Origin: the human T2T-CHM13v2.0 reference genome, Homo sapiens
NCBI RefSeq assembly: GCF_009914755.1
Contig: NC_060943.1
Strand: one strand, 5' to 3'
DNA length: 64,000 bases
In this document: positions 1 to 18,440 of the stretch, piece by piece
How positions within the stretch are numbered: position 1 is the first letter of the stretch
Layout of the letters: each line of letters starts with the position of its first letter
Made by a program: the position numbers and the translations under genes
Notes under the pieces: model-generated
Databases searched by the model: none
What the model was told of the DNA's origin: nothing
The model's input: the letters and a program-made list of their open reading frames with translations, nothing else

Positions 1-2893
1 GCTCTTATCTACGTACAGCTCCTAGTCTACTGATGTTTAAGGGTGGTCTCAGAGGTTGGGCCCACTAGAATAAACTGAGTCCAGCACCTCTAAACAGTTA
101 TGTTTAACTGGGCTCTTTGATACTAGGAGTAAGGTGGCGGGGTTAGGGTGTTGCAAACTTCAATGGTTATGTGGGGATTTTCACAGAGCAAGCTTTGGTA
201 TCTAGTTAGTCTAGCGTTTATTAGCTAATGATGTCTTTTGTTATTTATTAAAGGGACTTTATGTTTATGTTTTGCCTAAGAGTTAGCTTATCTGCTTCTT
301 GTGCTAACAGGGCCATTGCTGCCAGGGCCCTTGGACATGGGGGCCAGCCTTGGGAAACCTCATCTAGTTGTTTTGAGAGACAGGCTACTGGCCTTGGCCA
401 GGGCCTTACAGTCTGGGTTAAAACTTCAACTGCCATTTTTTTTTTCTTTCTGACACATAGAGTGCAAAGAGTTTTGTCAGGTCAGGTAGCCTCAGGGCTG
501 GGGCTGACATGAGTTTTTCTTTTTTTTTTTTTCTGGTTGATGAACAACCAGGGTGAAATGGACTAAACCATAAGTGCCACTCTAGTTATTCGGCAGAGTG
601 CCTACTAAAGGTCTACTACAATACCACCACACATCTGCTCAGAGATGAACAAGGGCTGACCGATTGATAAGCTCTTGAAAATTCTTAAGCTCACTGCATC
701 CTTTCAGGTCTCCAAGGAATGCTAAATTTCCTCTCTGCCGTGAGATACAAGAAGTGAACTTAGTGTTGGGAGACGGAAGCTGGAAGGCCCTCGGGGGCTG
801 ATCCGCAGGGACTTCGGGATATAGCAGAGAGAGCTATATGTTACTCCAGGCTGTAGAATCCTGGAAAAGAGCTACCATGCAGCCCACACCTGGTCAACTA
901 CAGGACCACCTTAGTGGAAGGGGGACAATCAGGGCCTCTGGCCTGCCATGTGCACAAGCATAACAATTGCTTTTGTTTAATGTGCAGATGGAATATTTGA
1001 TCTATTTCAACCAGGCATTTGCATCTTGGTATGCTGTCTCAATTGCCAAAGTTTGTTTTAAGTCTTTAACTTCTATCATCCTCTAGTAAAATGAATGCTT
1101 CCTTTAGCACCGATTTTTATTAGTTTTTAGACCAAAGAAAGCTGAACACCATTTTATATTTAATAATGCTTCTTGTATGATTTTTATACCAGATAAGCTA
1201 AATTTTACTTTTATATTAGTGTGTTACTAATGTTAAATTTAATTTTAATGAAACTTTGTAGACATATTTATCTAATTTTTCATGTTTGACCATAAGGTTA
1301 GATTTTGTAGACTCTTTTTAACTTTTTGTAATTTTTGTTAAAGAGCAGGTTGATGCTTTAAGAAAAAACCTGTTGCATTTTTACTTTGATGTCCGTTTCA
1401 CAGAAAAACTGGATGATACCTTTTTAACTTTAGCTAATATGTTTACACACAGAATTTTCTTTACAATTAATGTTTTAAAACCTGCTTAAACTTTCAAACA
1501 ATAATTTTTTTAACTTTTTAATATAGGTAAAAATCCACATTCTTATGCCTCCTTATAATCTTTTTACTATAGGTATATTTTACTTTTCTTATACACCTTG
1601 TACATAAACTGTTTCTTCAATAATAGGAGGCCTTATTACTTTTAAATTATACATTTTTTGCATAAAAAAATTTTTTAAAGCAAACTTTATGTCTTTGGAC
1701 TAGACTGTCTAAGGCTACCAGATTAGAAGTTACTATAATACATGCTACGCTGTTAACTTTTAGCAAACTTCACTTTTGTTGAAAACCTTGTAAGTTTGGG
1801 ACTTCAATTATCCTTTGCTATTAATAAGACCTTGTTTAGTCTAAATTAACTTAGAATTGGTATAGATGGCCTCTTTTTCTCTCTGCTGGTCTTTTCTTGC
1901 CTCTGCCAGCCACTTATGCTGCTGTTCTTTTAACTACTGTGGGGGGCGGGGGGAGGAGGTCTAAAACCAGGTGTAACTGTCTGTGTACTGAAACTGGTCT
2001 GGGTGCCTTGGCTTACAGGTTACCTTGTGCCATATCTTTGAAACTAGGGACCCATCCAGGCTTCCTTCTGATGGCTAACCTACCTCAAATGCTGGCCAGT
2101 CTATTTCACACAAAGTTCTAAGTTTTCCTGGGGTCACAGTTACACCATAATCTCCTTTAAATTCTTTCTTGAAATTCTTTAACATATTTCTTAGTGGGGT
2201 GGGCTTACTTTGTGCCTGAACTATGTTTTTTTTTTCTTCTGAGACAAAATGCCATGCTCACACCACACATACTCACCACAAGAATGGGTAAAGAGGGCAC
2301 ACACACGCACTTTTACCGTTTATACCAAACCAAAATCATGAAATTCAAAATCTGAGTACTAAAAAATTCCAGCCAAGTCAAAACCAAAACTAAAGTATCT
2401 AACAATTCAAATCAAGTCAAAACCAGAACAAAAGTGCCAATGCAGGCATGCTGTGGGTGATCAGGCCACGCTTCCACTCAGATGGAGTGGGGCAAGTTCC
2501 AAAGACTAGTCTTACTAAGTAAAGCCAAGTCAAAACCAGGACAAAAGTGCCAATACAGGCATGCTGTGGGTGATCAGGCCACGCTTCCACTCAGGTGGAG
2601 TGGGGCAAGTTCCAAAGATTAGTCTTACCAAGTTTCAGATGTCTGGACTCCAAGTGCCAGTTCCTTCCTGGTGTTCAGCCACTGCGTTAATCCTCCGTGG
2701 GGGCCTGCTATGCACCGCTCTGGCGAGGCATTCCATTGGGGCAATTTCCTACCCAGGAGCGCTCTTTGGATCGTGTCACTCAGGCTGGCCAGAGTCCCCC
2801 GCGGGGATGCTCCACAGGGCAGGCCTAAGCCACCTAAAGGGCTGCCTCGGCCATCCATCAGTTACCTCATTTTCAGGTCAGGGAACCAAGAAA
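1..2893 (-). mobile_element. Harlequin/HERV-E-type ERV1 internal region (leader, AT-rich non-coding block, pol connection/RNase H fragment at about 1-520); continues past the window's left edge
   Basis: ORF 248..436 (QTVRPWPRPVACLSKQLD...GWPPC...AQEADKLTLRQN) matches the pol at 55313-55951 in this window. Lies directly after a tRNA-Glu PBS and an LTR2-type LTR. Pol starts abruptly near 520 after an A-run, as expected for the mosaic Harlequin structure. Confidence 0.8.
2871..2888 (-). promoter_or_regulatory. Primer-binding site, tRNA-Glu (HERV-E family)
   Basis: Minus strand reads TGGTTCCCTGACCTGAAA, 16/18 identical to the tRNA-Glu 3' complement TGGTTCCCTGACCGGGAA; lies 5 nt past the LTR end. 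Confidence 0.85.
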
Positions 2894-3373
2894 AGTAGCA
2901 GGATGAGCCTCAGACAAAACCTCTCAGACACTGAGTTGCAGAAGGAAGGGCTTTATTCAGCTGGGAGCATCGGCAAGCTACTGCCTTAAAATCTGAGCTC
3001 CCCTAATGCACAATTTCTGTCCTTTTTAAGGGCTCACAACACTAAGGATTTCACATGAAACGGTCGTGATTGATTTGAGCAAGCAGTGGGTATGTGACAG
3101 GGGCTGCATGCACCGGTGTTCAGAGTGGAAAAGAACAGAGCAGGGAGTTTCACAATGTTCTTCTATACAATGTCTGGAATCTATGAATAACATCAGTTTC
3201 TAAGTTATGAGTTGATTTTTAACTACTGGGTTTAGGCCAGGCAGGCCCAGGCCTGGTTTCAGGCCTGGCGCCGGGCTGCCTGTCTTTGATTTCACTTCCT
3301 TGTTTTTTTCCTAAAACAGGTACTGAGTATAAAACAATATAAAACAATATGAGAGGGTCTCTCTCTTCCCTCA
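2894..3373 (-). mobile_element. 5' LTR, LTR2B-like (HERV-E/Harlequin)
   Basis: Minus strand starts TGAGGGAAGAGAGAGACCCTCTCATATTGTTTTATATTG; contains CCCTTAAAA TATA-like box and AATAAA; closely similar to the solo LTR at 20140-20639. Confidence 0.85.
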
Positions 3374-3703
3374 AAACTACTAAATAAATTCAGTGGATTT
3401 GCACAATACAATATCGGCACCAAAAATTACTTGAATTTCCACACATTAACAATAAACAATTTTAAAAGAAAATTTAAAAACACTTCCATTTGCTAGAGAA
3501 CTTAAAGTAAGAAATACTTAGGAATAAACGTACAAAGCTGAGAAGTTTGTACCTTGAAATCTATAAATGTTGATCAAAATGATTAAAAACATACATAGAG
3601 ATACAACCCATATTGATAGTTTGGAAAAATTAATATTGTTAAATAATTATATAACCCAATGTGATTTAGATTCAACACGGTACCCATAAAAATGCCTATC
3701 AGT
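3374..3703 (+). mobile_element. Old L1 ORF2 fragment (L1M-type)
   Basis: A-rich sequence with L1 ORF2-like tracts (AAAATACTTAGGAATAAA-like, ATTAATATTGTTAAA, AGATTCAA). Confidence 0.6.
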
Positions 3704-3979
3704 TGACATTCCACCACAAAAGAAGTGAAATTGGCTGGTCCCTGCCTTAACTGATGACATTACCTTGTGAAATTCCTTCTCCTGGCTCATCCTGGCTCAA
3801 AAACTCCCCCACTGAGCACCTTGTGACCCCCACCTCTGCCAGCCAGAGAACAACCCCCTTTGATTGTAACTTTCCACTACCTACCCAAATCCTATAAAAC
3901 GGCCCCACCCCATCTCCCTTCCCTGACTCTCTTTTCGGACTCAGCTTGCCTGCACCCAGGTGATTAAAAAAAAAAAAAA
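3704..3979 (+). mobile_element. 5'-truncated LTR7 (HERV-H) U3-R fragment ending in an A-run
   Basis: Diagnostic LTR7 text (CCTTAACTGATGACATTACCTTGTG, CCTGGCTCAAAA, CCTATAAAACGGCCCCACCCC, TTTTCGGACTCAGC, CACCCAGGTGATTAAA) followed by an A-run; U5 absent. Confidence 0.85.
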
Positions 3980-4281
3980 TCTGTATCTGTTTTTGTTAAA
4001 GAAACAAAAAACAGGCTGGGAAAAGTGGCTCACGCCTGTTGGCCACACTAGTCTCAAACTCCTGACCTCAAGAGATCCACCCACCTTGGCCTCCCACAGT
4101 GCTAGCATTACAGGTGTGAGCCACCGCACTCAGCCTAATCCTCTTAACATAAACACTTTAATGTCAATTAATGCTTGAACTCAACGTTAAGTCAACTCAA
4201 ACTCAAGTCAATGCTGAACTGACTCTAGTGTCAATTAATGCTTGATGGTTTGCTATACTCATTGCATTCGGAACTATTATC

Positions 4282-6788
<2,507 letters not shown>

Positions 6789-7420
6789 TTATTTTAAACA
6801 TCTCAAACATGAGCTTCAAAGTTCAGGAACACAAAAGGAGGAAGATCCTTTAATAAATGAAGGGCGATTACATGTACTTCAGATCATTTCTATGGAAGCC
6901 TATTTCTAATATCATGACAAAACACTGACAGGGCACAAACATGTGTAAGCCTAAAGTAAGGAGTATTTTTCCATTGTGACCTTAAAGTGTGTCACAGTTT
7001 GCAAAAAATTTATCACTGTAACAACAAAAAGAAGAAAATATATATTCTTCATATTTACAGCATATTTACTGTATAGAAATAAATGCTAAAGGACCGGACA
7101 ATGTACTATATTGGTAAATAATCAACAACAAGCTCTTGTAAGGATAACCAAAATCAATGGAAATCCTGTACTGTCAAACCATCACAGCACAGAGAAGATA
7201 ATAAAAGATTACAAAAATTAGCCAGGTGTTGTGGCCCGTGCCTGTAATCCCAGGTACTCGGGAGGCTGAGGCACAAGAATCACTTTAAGCCAAGAGGCAA
7301 AGGTTGCAGTGAGCCAACATCGCACCACTGCACCACAGCCTGGGTGACAAAGTGAGACTCGAGTCAAAAAAAAAAAAAAAAAAAGGCAGGGCTTGGTGGC
7401 CCACACCAGTAATCCCACTA

Positions 7421-7681
<261 letters not shown>

Positions 7682-8535
7682 TTAATACCATATTTTTCTG
7701 AATAACTGTTACAAAATTACCTATATCCATGTGGAACAGGCGCTTTGTAACTTTTTAAAAAAAATTTTTGTATTTTTTTTTTTTTGAGATGGAGTCTCGC
7801 TCTGTCACCCAGGCTGGAGTGCAGTGGCACAATCTGGGCTCACTGTAACCTCAACCTCCTGGGTTCAAGCGAGTGTCTTGCCTCAGCCTCTTGAGTACCT
7901 GGGATTACAGGCACACACCACCATGCCCAGCTAATTTTTAAATTTTTAGTAGAGATGGGGTTTCACCACGTTGGCAAGGCTCGTCTCGAACTCCTGACCT
8001 CAGGTGACCCACATGTCTCAGCCTCCTAAATCCTGGGATTACAGGCATGAGCCACTGCGCCCGGGGGCACTTTTGACATTAATGAGTGGAATCTCTCAGT
8101 TATATTGCATACCACGTACCAAAAACTCACATGTAAAATCATAAAATCAATTAATAAAATATATTATTAATTCATTAATCAAATAATAAAATACTGTAAC
8201 CCATGATAAAACAAGCAAGAAAATAAGTAGATTTATACTGCCTGCAGAATTCTAAACAATTCCCTCTTAAGAAAAAAACCACAACTTGTTCTTACCACCA
8301 GTACACAACATAAGAACAGAAATACATGTTAAGATCACTACCTTCTAATATATGAGGTCAAGAAAATACACAGCATTATAAGGAATAAGAATTGACTATG
8401 GCCAGGCATGGTGGCTCATGCCTGTAATCCCAGGACTTTGGGAGGCCAAGGCGGGTGGATCACCCAAGGTCAGGAGTTCTAGAACAGCCTGGCCAACATG
8501 GTGAAACCCCGTCTCAACTAAAAATACAAAAATTA

Positions 8536-8649
<114 letters not shown>

Positions 8650-8669
8650 CTAGAGCGAGACTTCGTCTC

Positions 8670-8705
<36 letters not shown>

Positions 8706-9039
8706 ATAACACCAGGGCGCGGTGGTGCATGCCTGTAATCCCAGCACTTTTGGAGGCTGAGGCAGGTGGATCATGAGGTCATAAGTTCAAGACCAGCCTG
8801 GACAACATGGTGAAACCCCATCTCTACTAAAAATACAAAAAAAATTAGCTATGCATGGTGGCGGGTGCCTTTAATCCCAGCTACTTGGGAGGCTGAAGCA
8901 GGAATCATTTGAACCTGGGAGGCGGAGGATGCAGTGAGCCGAGACCATGCTACTGCACTCCAGCCTGGGTGAGAGAATGCGACTACATCTCAAAAAAATA
9001 AGATAAATAACTACTTCTCAAATAAGCTTTGGTAGATGT

Positions 9040-9330
9040 GGTATTCTCTAATAGGATGTTGCTGCAGATGCAGACTTGGAGAGAATTTAGCCATGGGTGT
9101 TGACTACCTGTGAATACTAAAAGTGCATTTATAAAGAGACATTAAAGAGCTCATTGCCTGTTCCTCTTTCCACCATGTTAGGACATGGCAGGAAGATGGC
9201 TGGGCTAAACCATGAAGAAGCCTCTCACCAGGAACTTATTTGGCTGGCACCTTGCTCTTGGATTTCTCCCTTCCCAAATTCATGAAAAATAAATTTCTGT
9301 CTCTTAAGCCTCCCAGTTTAAGCTATTTCC
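9040..9330 (+). mobile_element. MaLR (MLT1-like) LTR fragment; paralogous copy at about 30960-31580 interrupted by an Alu
   Basis: GCTGGCACCTTGCTCTTGGATTTC...AATAAATTTCTGTCTCTTAAGCC is a typical MLT1 3' end. Confidence 0.6.
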
Positions 9331-9381
9331 TCTTTTGTCTTTGAGATTGAGTCATGCTCTATCACCCAGGCTCAAGTGTAG

Positions 9382-9555
<174 letters not shown>

Positions 9556-9639
9556 TGAACAGCTAATTTTTGTACTTTTAGTAGACACGGGATTTCACCA
9601 TGTTGGCCAGGCTTGTCTCGAACTCCTGACCTCAAGTGA

Positions 9640-10038
<399 letters not shown>

Positions 10039-10299
10039 TAGTAGAGACGGGGTTTCACCATGTCAGCCAGGATGGTCTCGATCTCCTGACCTCGTGATCC
10101 TCCCACCTTGGCCTCCCAAAGTGCTGGGATTACAGGCGTGAGCCACCGTGCCCAGCATCAGTCTAAGCTATTTCTAACAGGACAGTGAAATGACAGAAAC
10201 AGGAAAAAGAGCATCTTATCATCAACATCACCGAAGGCTGACAAATCTTATTAAACAAAGGAAGTTAAGAGCCTGTGCTGTAAGACTTGCAATACATGA

Positions 10300-10543
<244 letters not shown>

Positions 10544-10658
10544 TAGTCAGGATGGTCGCGATCTCCTGACCTCGTGATCCACCCGCCTCGGCCTCCCAAA
10601 GTGCTGGGCTCACAGGAGTGAGCCACTGTGCCCGGCCTTTATTTTTATTTTTTTTTGA

Positions 10659-10766
<108 letters not shown>

Positions 10767-11031
10767 TAGCTGGGACCACAGGCACCTGCCACCGCGCCCG
10801 GCTAATTTTTTGTATTTTTAGTAGAGATGGGGTTTCACCATGTTAGCCAGGATGGTCTCTATCTCCTGACTTCGTGATCCGCCCCCCTCGGCCTCCCAAA
10901 GTGCTGGGATTACAGGCGTGAGCCACCGTGCCTGGCCAGCAATAACATATTTTAAATACATTGAGACAGGCCGGGCACGGTGTCTCATGCCAGTAATCCC
11001 AGTATTTTGGGAGGCTGAGGTGGGAGGATCA

Positions 11032-11442
<411 letters not shown>

Positions 11443-11474
11443 CTAACCTACAAGGAGAAACCCTGTCTCTACTA

Positions 11475-11633
<159 letters not shown>

Positions 11634-11787
11634 TCATAAACACATAAATTAATTAATAAAAGGACAGATACAGAAACTGGCATATGTGTACCTTTTCTTC
11701 ATAACTAAACTTTTTTCATATTATTTAAAAGTCATGAAAAAACACTGTAAATATATGTTAATGAAAATGCAACATATACAGAAATAA

Positions 11788-11976
<189 letters not shown>

Positions 11977-13640
11977 TGAGTAGCTGGGATTACAGCTGCC
12001 CACCACAGTGCCTGGCTAAGTTTTGTAATTATACTACAGATGAAGTTTCAGCATGTTAGCTAGCCGGGTTCTGAACTGACCTCAGGTGATCCGCCCCCGG
12101 CTCAGCCTCCCAAAGTCCTGGGATTATAGGCGTGAGCCACTGTACCCGGCCAGGTTACAGAAATTTTAAGTTTCATTATTATACTATAAGTTTAAGATGT
12201 TTAACATACCTGCAACAATAACCTCTGCCCATATATCTATACGACACACTTCACTTCTGCGTACTGAAAGGAATGGACACTAACGTGGTTGTTATATTCA
12301 CACTGGAATCATGCTTAAACCACTTATATGTTTACTAAGAACTAAAAGACAAAACTATTTAAAATAATAACGGTTGGGCATGGTGGCTCACGCCTGTAAT
12401 CCCAGCCCTTTGGGAAGCTGAGGCAGGTGAATCACTTGAGATAAGGAGTTTGAGACCAGCCTGGCCAACATGGTGAAACCCCATCTCTACTAAAAACACA
12501 AAGTTAGTTGGGCATGGTGGTGAGAGCCTGCAGTCCCAGCTACCCAGAAAGCTGGGGCACAAGAATCCTTTGAGCCCAAAAGGCGGAGGCTGCAATTAGC
12601 CAAAATTGCACCACTGCACTGTAGCCTTGGCGACAGAGTGAGACTCTGTCATAAGAAAAGAAAGAGCAGAGAGATAAGTGAGGGCAAAGAAAGATGTCCT
12701 TTCAAAGATCTCAGGATTGAAACTTTCCTTTACCCACAGAATTCTCCCACTTGCAGAGAGTTTCCCCACACACTATTTGAAGGTGGAGCTTCCACTCTGC
12801 CCATCTGAGCTCTTACCTGCGTTTACACCTGTAATATATTCCCACCCATCTGGACTTTTTTGCTATTTTCACTTCACTCTCCACAGTCCAGGGCTCTTTC
12901 CCTTGCTCCAACATGGAGATAACAGGTCAGAGACTCCTACTTATAAAAAGAAAGGACCATGAAGTGCTGGAGCTTTTCTAGAGTCCCAGCCCTATGTTTC
13001 AGTAGGAAAGAAGACATTGCAGATAGATCTAGGAAAATATTTCTCAAATTCCTCCACTGACTGCCTCATTCTGAATGCTTGGGGAGCACTGTAATATGTA
13101 GTATGTGGACATCGAGCTCTCTTCCAAGAACTACAGAATCGAAAGCACAGGAGAAGCAAACAGGGAACTGGATATCTTTAAACTCTGCAGTAAGGTTTTG
13201 TTTTTGTTTTTTGAGACAGAGTCTTGCTCTGCCATCTGGGCTGGAGTGCAGTGGTGTGTTCTCGGCTCACTAGAACCTTCACCTCCCGGGTTTGAGTGAT
13301 TCTCTTTCCTCAGCCTTTCTAGGAGCTAGGATTACAGGTGTGTGCCACCATCCCTGGCTAATTTTTGTATTTTTAGTAGAGACTGAGTTTCTCCATGTTG
13401 GCCAGGCTGGTCTCCAACTCCTGATCTAAAGTGATCCACATACCTCCCAAGGTGCTGGGATGACAGGCGTGAGCCACCATGCCCAGCCTGCCATAAAGTT
13501 TTATGCCTACTTTAGTCCTGGAACCCACATTGAGGTATCATGAAGAATGCAGAACATCTAAACAAAGGGGACAGTGAAAGTCCAGATGCTACATCATGAA
13601 GCTTTTCATTTCAAAATCAATACAGCTTCCATTTTAGTCA

Positions 13641-13868
<228 letters not shown>

Positions 13869-13961
13869 TTAACCAAATGGTTATGAGAGGAGATCTTATC
13901 TTTACAGAAAATGAGAAGAAGAGAGGGGAAAGCATGGATTTAATTGTAGTGAATGTTCTGA

Positions 13962-14183
<222 letters not shown>

Positions 14184-14498
14184 TAGTAGAGATGGGGTTT
14201 CACCATGTTGGCCAGGATGGTCTCGATCTCCTGACCTCGTGATCTGCCCACCTCGGCCTCCCAAAGTTCTGGGATTACAGGCATGAGCCACCATACCCGG
14301 CCTCACATGACGTCTTTATTATACTTTTTGAAGAGGTCAAGACACCCTGTCAGTATGAATTTCTTATGTTTGTAAAAAATATAAGAAATAAATAAAAAAT
14401 CAGTGCAGGGTTCCTGCTATAGAAATGTTTGAAACTTTTATGGACACACCAAGTGACATTCAGTATCTCGAAGAGACAGAGCATGAGTGATGTCTTCA

Positions 14499-14660
<162 letters not shown>

Positions 14661-15000
14661 CTAGGTCTCAAAATTAAAAATAAAAAATCAGCCGGGCATG
14701 GTGGCAGGCACCTGTGGTTCCAATTACTTTGAAGGCTGAGGTGGGAGGATGGCTTGACCCTGAGGGTAGAGGTTGCAGTGAGCTACGATCATGCCAGGGT
14801 GCTCCAGCCTGGGCAACAAAGTGAGACCCCGTCTCAAAATAAAATAAAATACATGAAAACAAACTTACTCAAAGTACAAAATCCATTTTTTAAATGTTCA
14901 CAAAATAATAAAACCTACACAGACTCACAAAAAACTAGATGTTAATACAAAGGGTTGTCATTTGTCCCAGATTTTCAAAATATAAAAGATTTTCAAAATA

Positions 15001-15163
15001 TATATGTGTGTGTACATATGTATGTGTATGTACATGTGTGTGTGTACCTATATATGTGTGTGTATATGTGTGGGGATGTGTGTATATATATTATATACAT
15101 ACATACACATATATATGTATTATATACATACATATACATATACATATATATATATATATATAT
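15001..15163. repeat. Compound (TG)/(TA)/(CA) microsatellite
   Basis: Direct reading; explains spurious ORFs 14939-15524. Confidence 0.95.
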
Positions 15164-15648
15164 AGGTTTTAAATATATAAAAAGTAGCAAGTTTTGTTTA
15201 AGTGAAGAGGAATCTCACCTTGGCGGAAAAGGACACATTGACAACTGGGGGCTGGGGGGAATCTTGTCAGATCTAAGAAAACAGGAAATGCCCCATCCTA
15301 GAGGAAGCAATCACCCTTTCAACTGCCTGGCCTGGAGGATGAAGAATCACTTGAACCCGGGAGGCAAAGTTTGCAGTAAGCCAAGATCATGCCACTGCAC
15401 TCCAGCCTGGGTGACAGAGCAAGACTCCGTTTCAGAAACAAACAACAGAAATAATAATAATAGGTGGAATGAGAATATAGCTTTATCCTCTAGAATAAAA
15501 AAAAAGTACTGCTCCCATATTTGAGAAAAATTGTAATCATTTTTACCAAAAGCCTGTTTCACGAGCCTCTCCATAGTAACACCACTGTCTCCATGAGCGT
15601 AATATGCTAAGAATGGTTGAATGAATATCCTGCTATTATTTATGTTGA

Positions 15649-15927
<279 letters not shown>

Positions 15928-16381
15928 TAAAAATGTAGTTTAATATCAGGCAGAAAACATTTCCTCTTATCGGTCTTTTCTAGAATTTACCATGTTCTTT
16001 GTGCACATTAATATGTGACTTCCATTGGCAGCTACTCTAATCCTGGTCCACAGAAAACTGACAGTGCATCCAGATGCGGCCACTGAACAATCCCTGCCGC
16101 CCAACACCACTGACACCACAGGACCCTCACCCCGTCTCCATCCATGTCTGTGTGTGAGCCCTTCCCAGGACCATGCCTACTGCAACCTCTTCTCATGTTC
16201 ATGTCATTGGGTCACGAGAGATGGAATCTAGGTGAGATGAGAGGGACTGAGGGAAGGCATGGGTGAGTGTGAGCAAACCTGTCACGCAGGATGCTTCAGA
16301 CTCAGAGAAGTTTCCCAACTCCAAGGCCCAGCATTTCTGAAAGGAAGGAGACAGAACAATCCACAGAGAATATCATCTCAC

Positions 16382-16396
16382 CTGAGGAAGAGCCAT
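16382..16396 (-). CDS. ZNF888: ZNF888 start-codon exon, coding part (MALPQ)
   Basis: GGG ATG GCT CTT CCT CAG|gtgaga; homologous to the ZNF816 exon at 52559-52636. Confidence 0.9.
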
Positions 16397-17083
16397 CCCT
16401 GACTCCTTTGCTTTCCTCTTCCTCTTCTGAGTTTCTTCTTCACATACCCAGAGTCTTTAGAAGTCAATCATGAATGTTAGAAATATGTTGTTTATTGCTC
16501 AGAGTCAACATACCCCCTCCCTGTAAAACAACGACACATACAAAGGAGACCTCACCCTGGGAAATATGGTCCACTCTGCTGCCCACCATACCAGGGACAA
16601 TAAACTCCTATAGGAAAACTCCCACTCCCCTTCTGGAGAAGCCCACACACACGCTGCAGCAGTAGGGATCTGGGCTGGAATGAGCTCCCCTTCAAGGCAC
16701 AGACCCAGACCTGACCAAACCACTTGCAGAGGCTGGGTGCGGTGGCTCATGCCTGTCATCCCAGCACTCTGGGAGACCAAGGTAGGTACATTGCTTGAGC
16801 TCAGAAGTTTGAGACCAGCCTGGGCAACATGGTGAAACTCCTTCTCTATCAAAAATACAAATACTTAGCCAGGTATGGTGGTGCACATCTGTGTTTCTGT
16901 CACCCCAGCTACTTAGGAAGCTGAGGTGGAAGGATCACTTGAGGTCAGGAGTTTGAGACCAGCCTGGCAAACATGGTGAAACCCTGTCTGTACCAAAAAT
17001 ATAAAAATTGGGTCAGGTGCAATGGCTGAAGCCTGTAATACTAGCACTCTGGAAGGCCAAGGTGGGTGGATTACTTGAGGTCA

Positions 17084-17281
<198 letters not shown>

Positions 17282-18221
17282 CTAAAATAAAATAAAATAC
17301 AAATACAAATACAAAAATTAGCCATGTGTCGTGGCACACACCTGTAATCTCAGCTACTTGGGAGGTTGAGGCACAAGAATCACTTGAACCCAGGAGACAG
17401 AGGTTGCAGTGAGCCAAGATCATGTCAGTGCACTCACAGCCTGGAGGACAGAGTGAGACTCTGTTTGAAAAAAAAAAAAAATCTTCATTTCTGATGTGGT
17501 TGATGCAGAGATAATAAACCTGAGTAACGTGATAGAGACTGATGGGCAGAGGGAACTTCAGATGGCAGTGGGAGGACATGGGAAATATCTCTGAGCCTAG
17601 ATCTGAAGGAGGAGAAAGGGACAGGGCTGTCACCATTTAGGGACATAGGATAAGAGCAGGACAATGACCTGAGACAGGAAGTATTTTGATATCTGGGAAA
17701 AGAGAAAAGCAAATGTGACTGGGGCAGAGGGATTCATGAGATGGGGGCAAGCTCCCAGGAGGAGGCTGGACACTGGCAGGGGCCCTGGACACAGGGCTGT
17801 GGAGCCACAGTGAGGAGATGGGCTTTTGTCCTGGGGAACACAGGAAGCCAGTGGAGGGTTCCCTGCCAGGGAATGACATGACTTACTTTAGATTTAGCTG
17901 TGATGTCCTCACAGTGAAAACATTTTCACCGAGTTACCCTGAGAAGGTCTGAGATGAGTAAGAAGATGTGCCTGAATTCTTACATGGGGGCCTGGAAGGG
18001 CTAATGGGAAGGGTTGGTCTTTATCACCCCATCCTTGAAAATTAGAGAAGCATCTTTCACATACCTGGGCTAAAGAAACTTCTTTTGCAAGGTTCTGATG
18101 CCATTAATTCCTAACATTTAATTTTTCCTTACAAGAAAATTACAGTAACATTTACAAAATGCAAAAGTGTAAACACACAGCTATTGACCTTGAAAATAGG
18201 GAGGCCGAGGTAGGTGGATCA

Positions 18222-18440
<219 letters not shown>

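Noticed and set aside
2871-2888. tRNA-like sequence (also 53742-53759)
   Set aside because: 18-nt retroviral PBS only, not a tRNA gene.
14939-15524. Tyr/Ile/Cys-rich ORFs
   Set aside because: Translation of a dinucleotide microsatellite.
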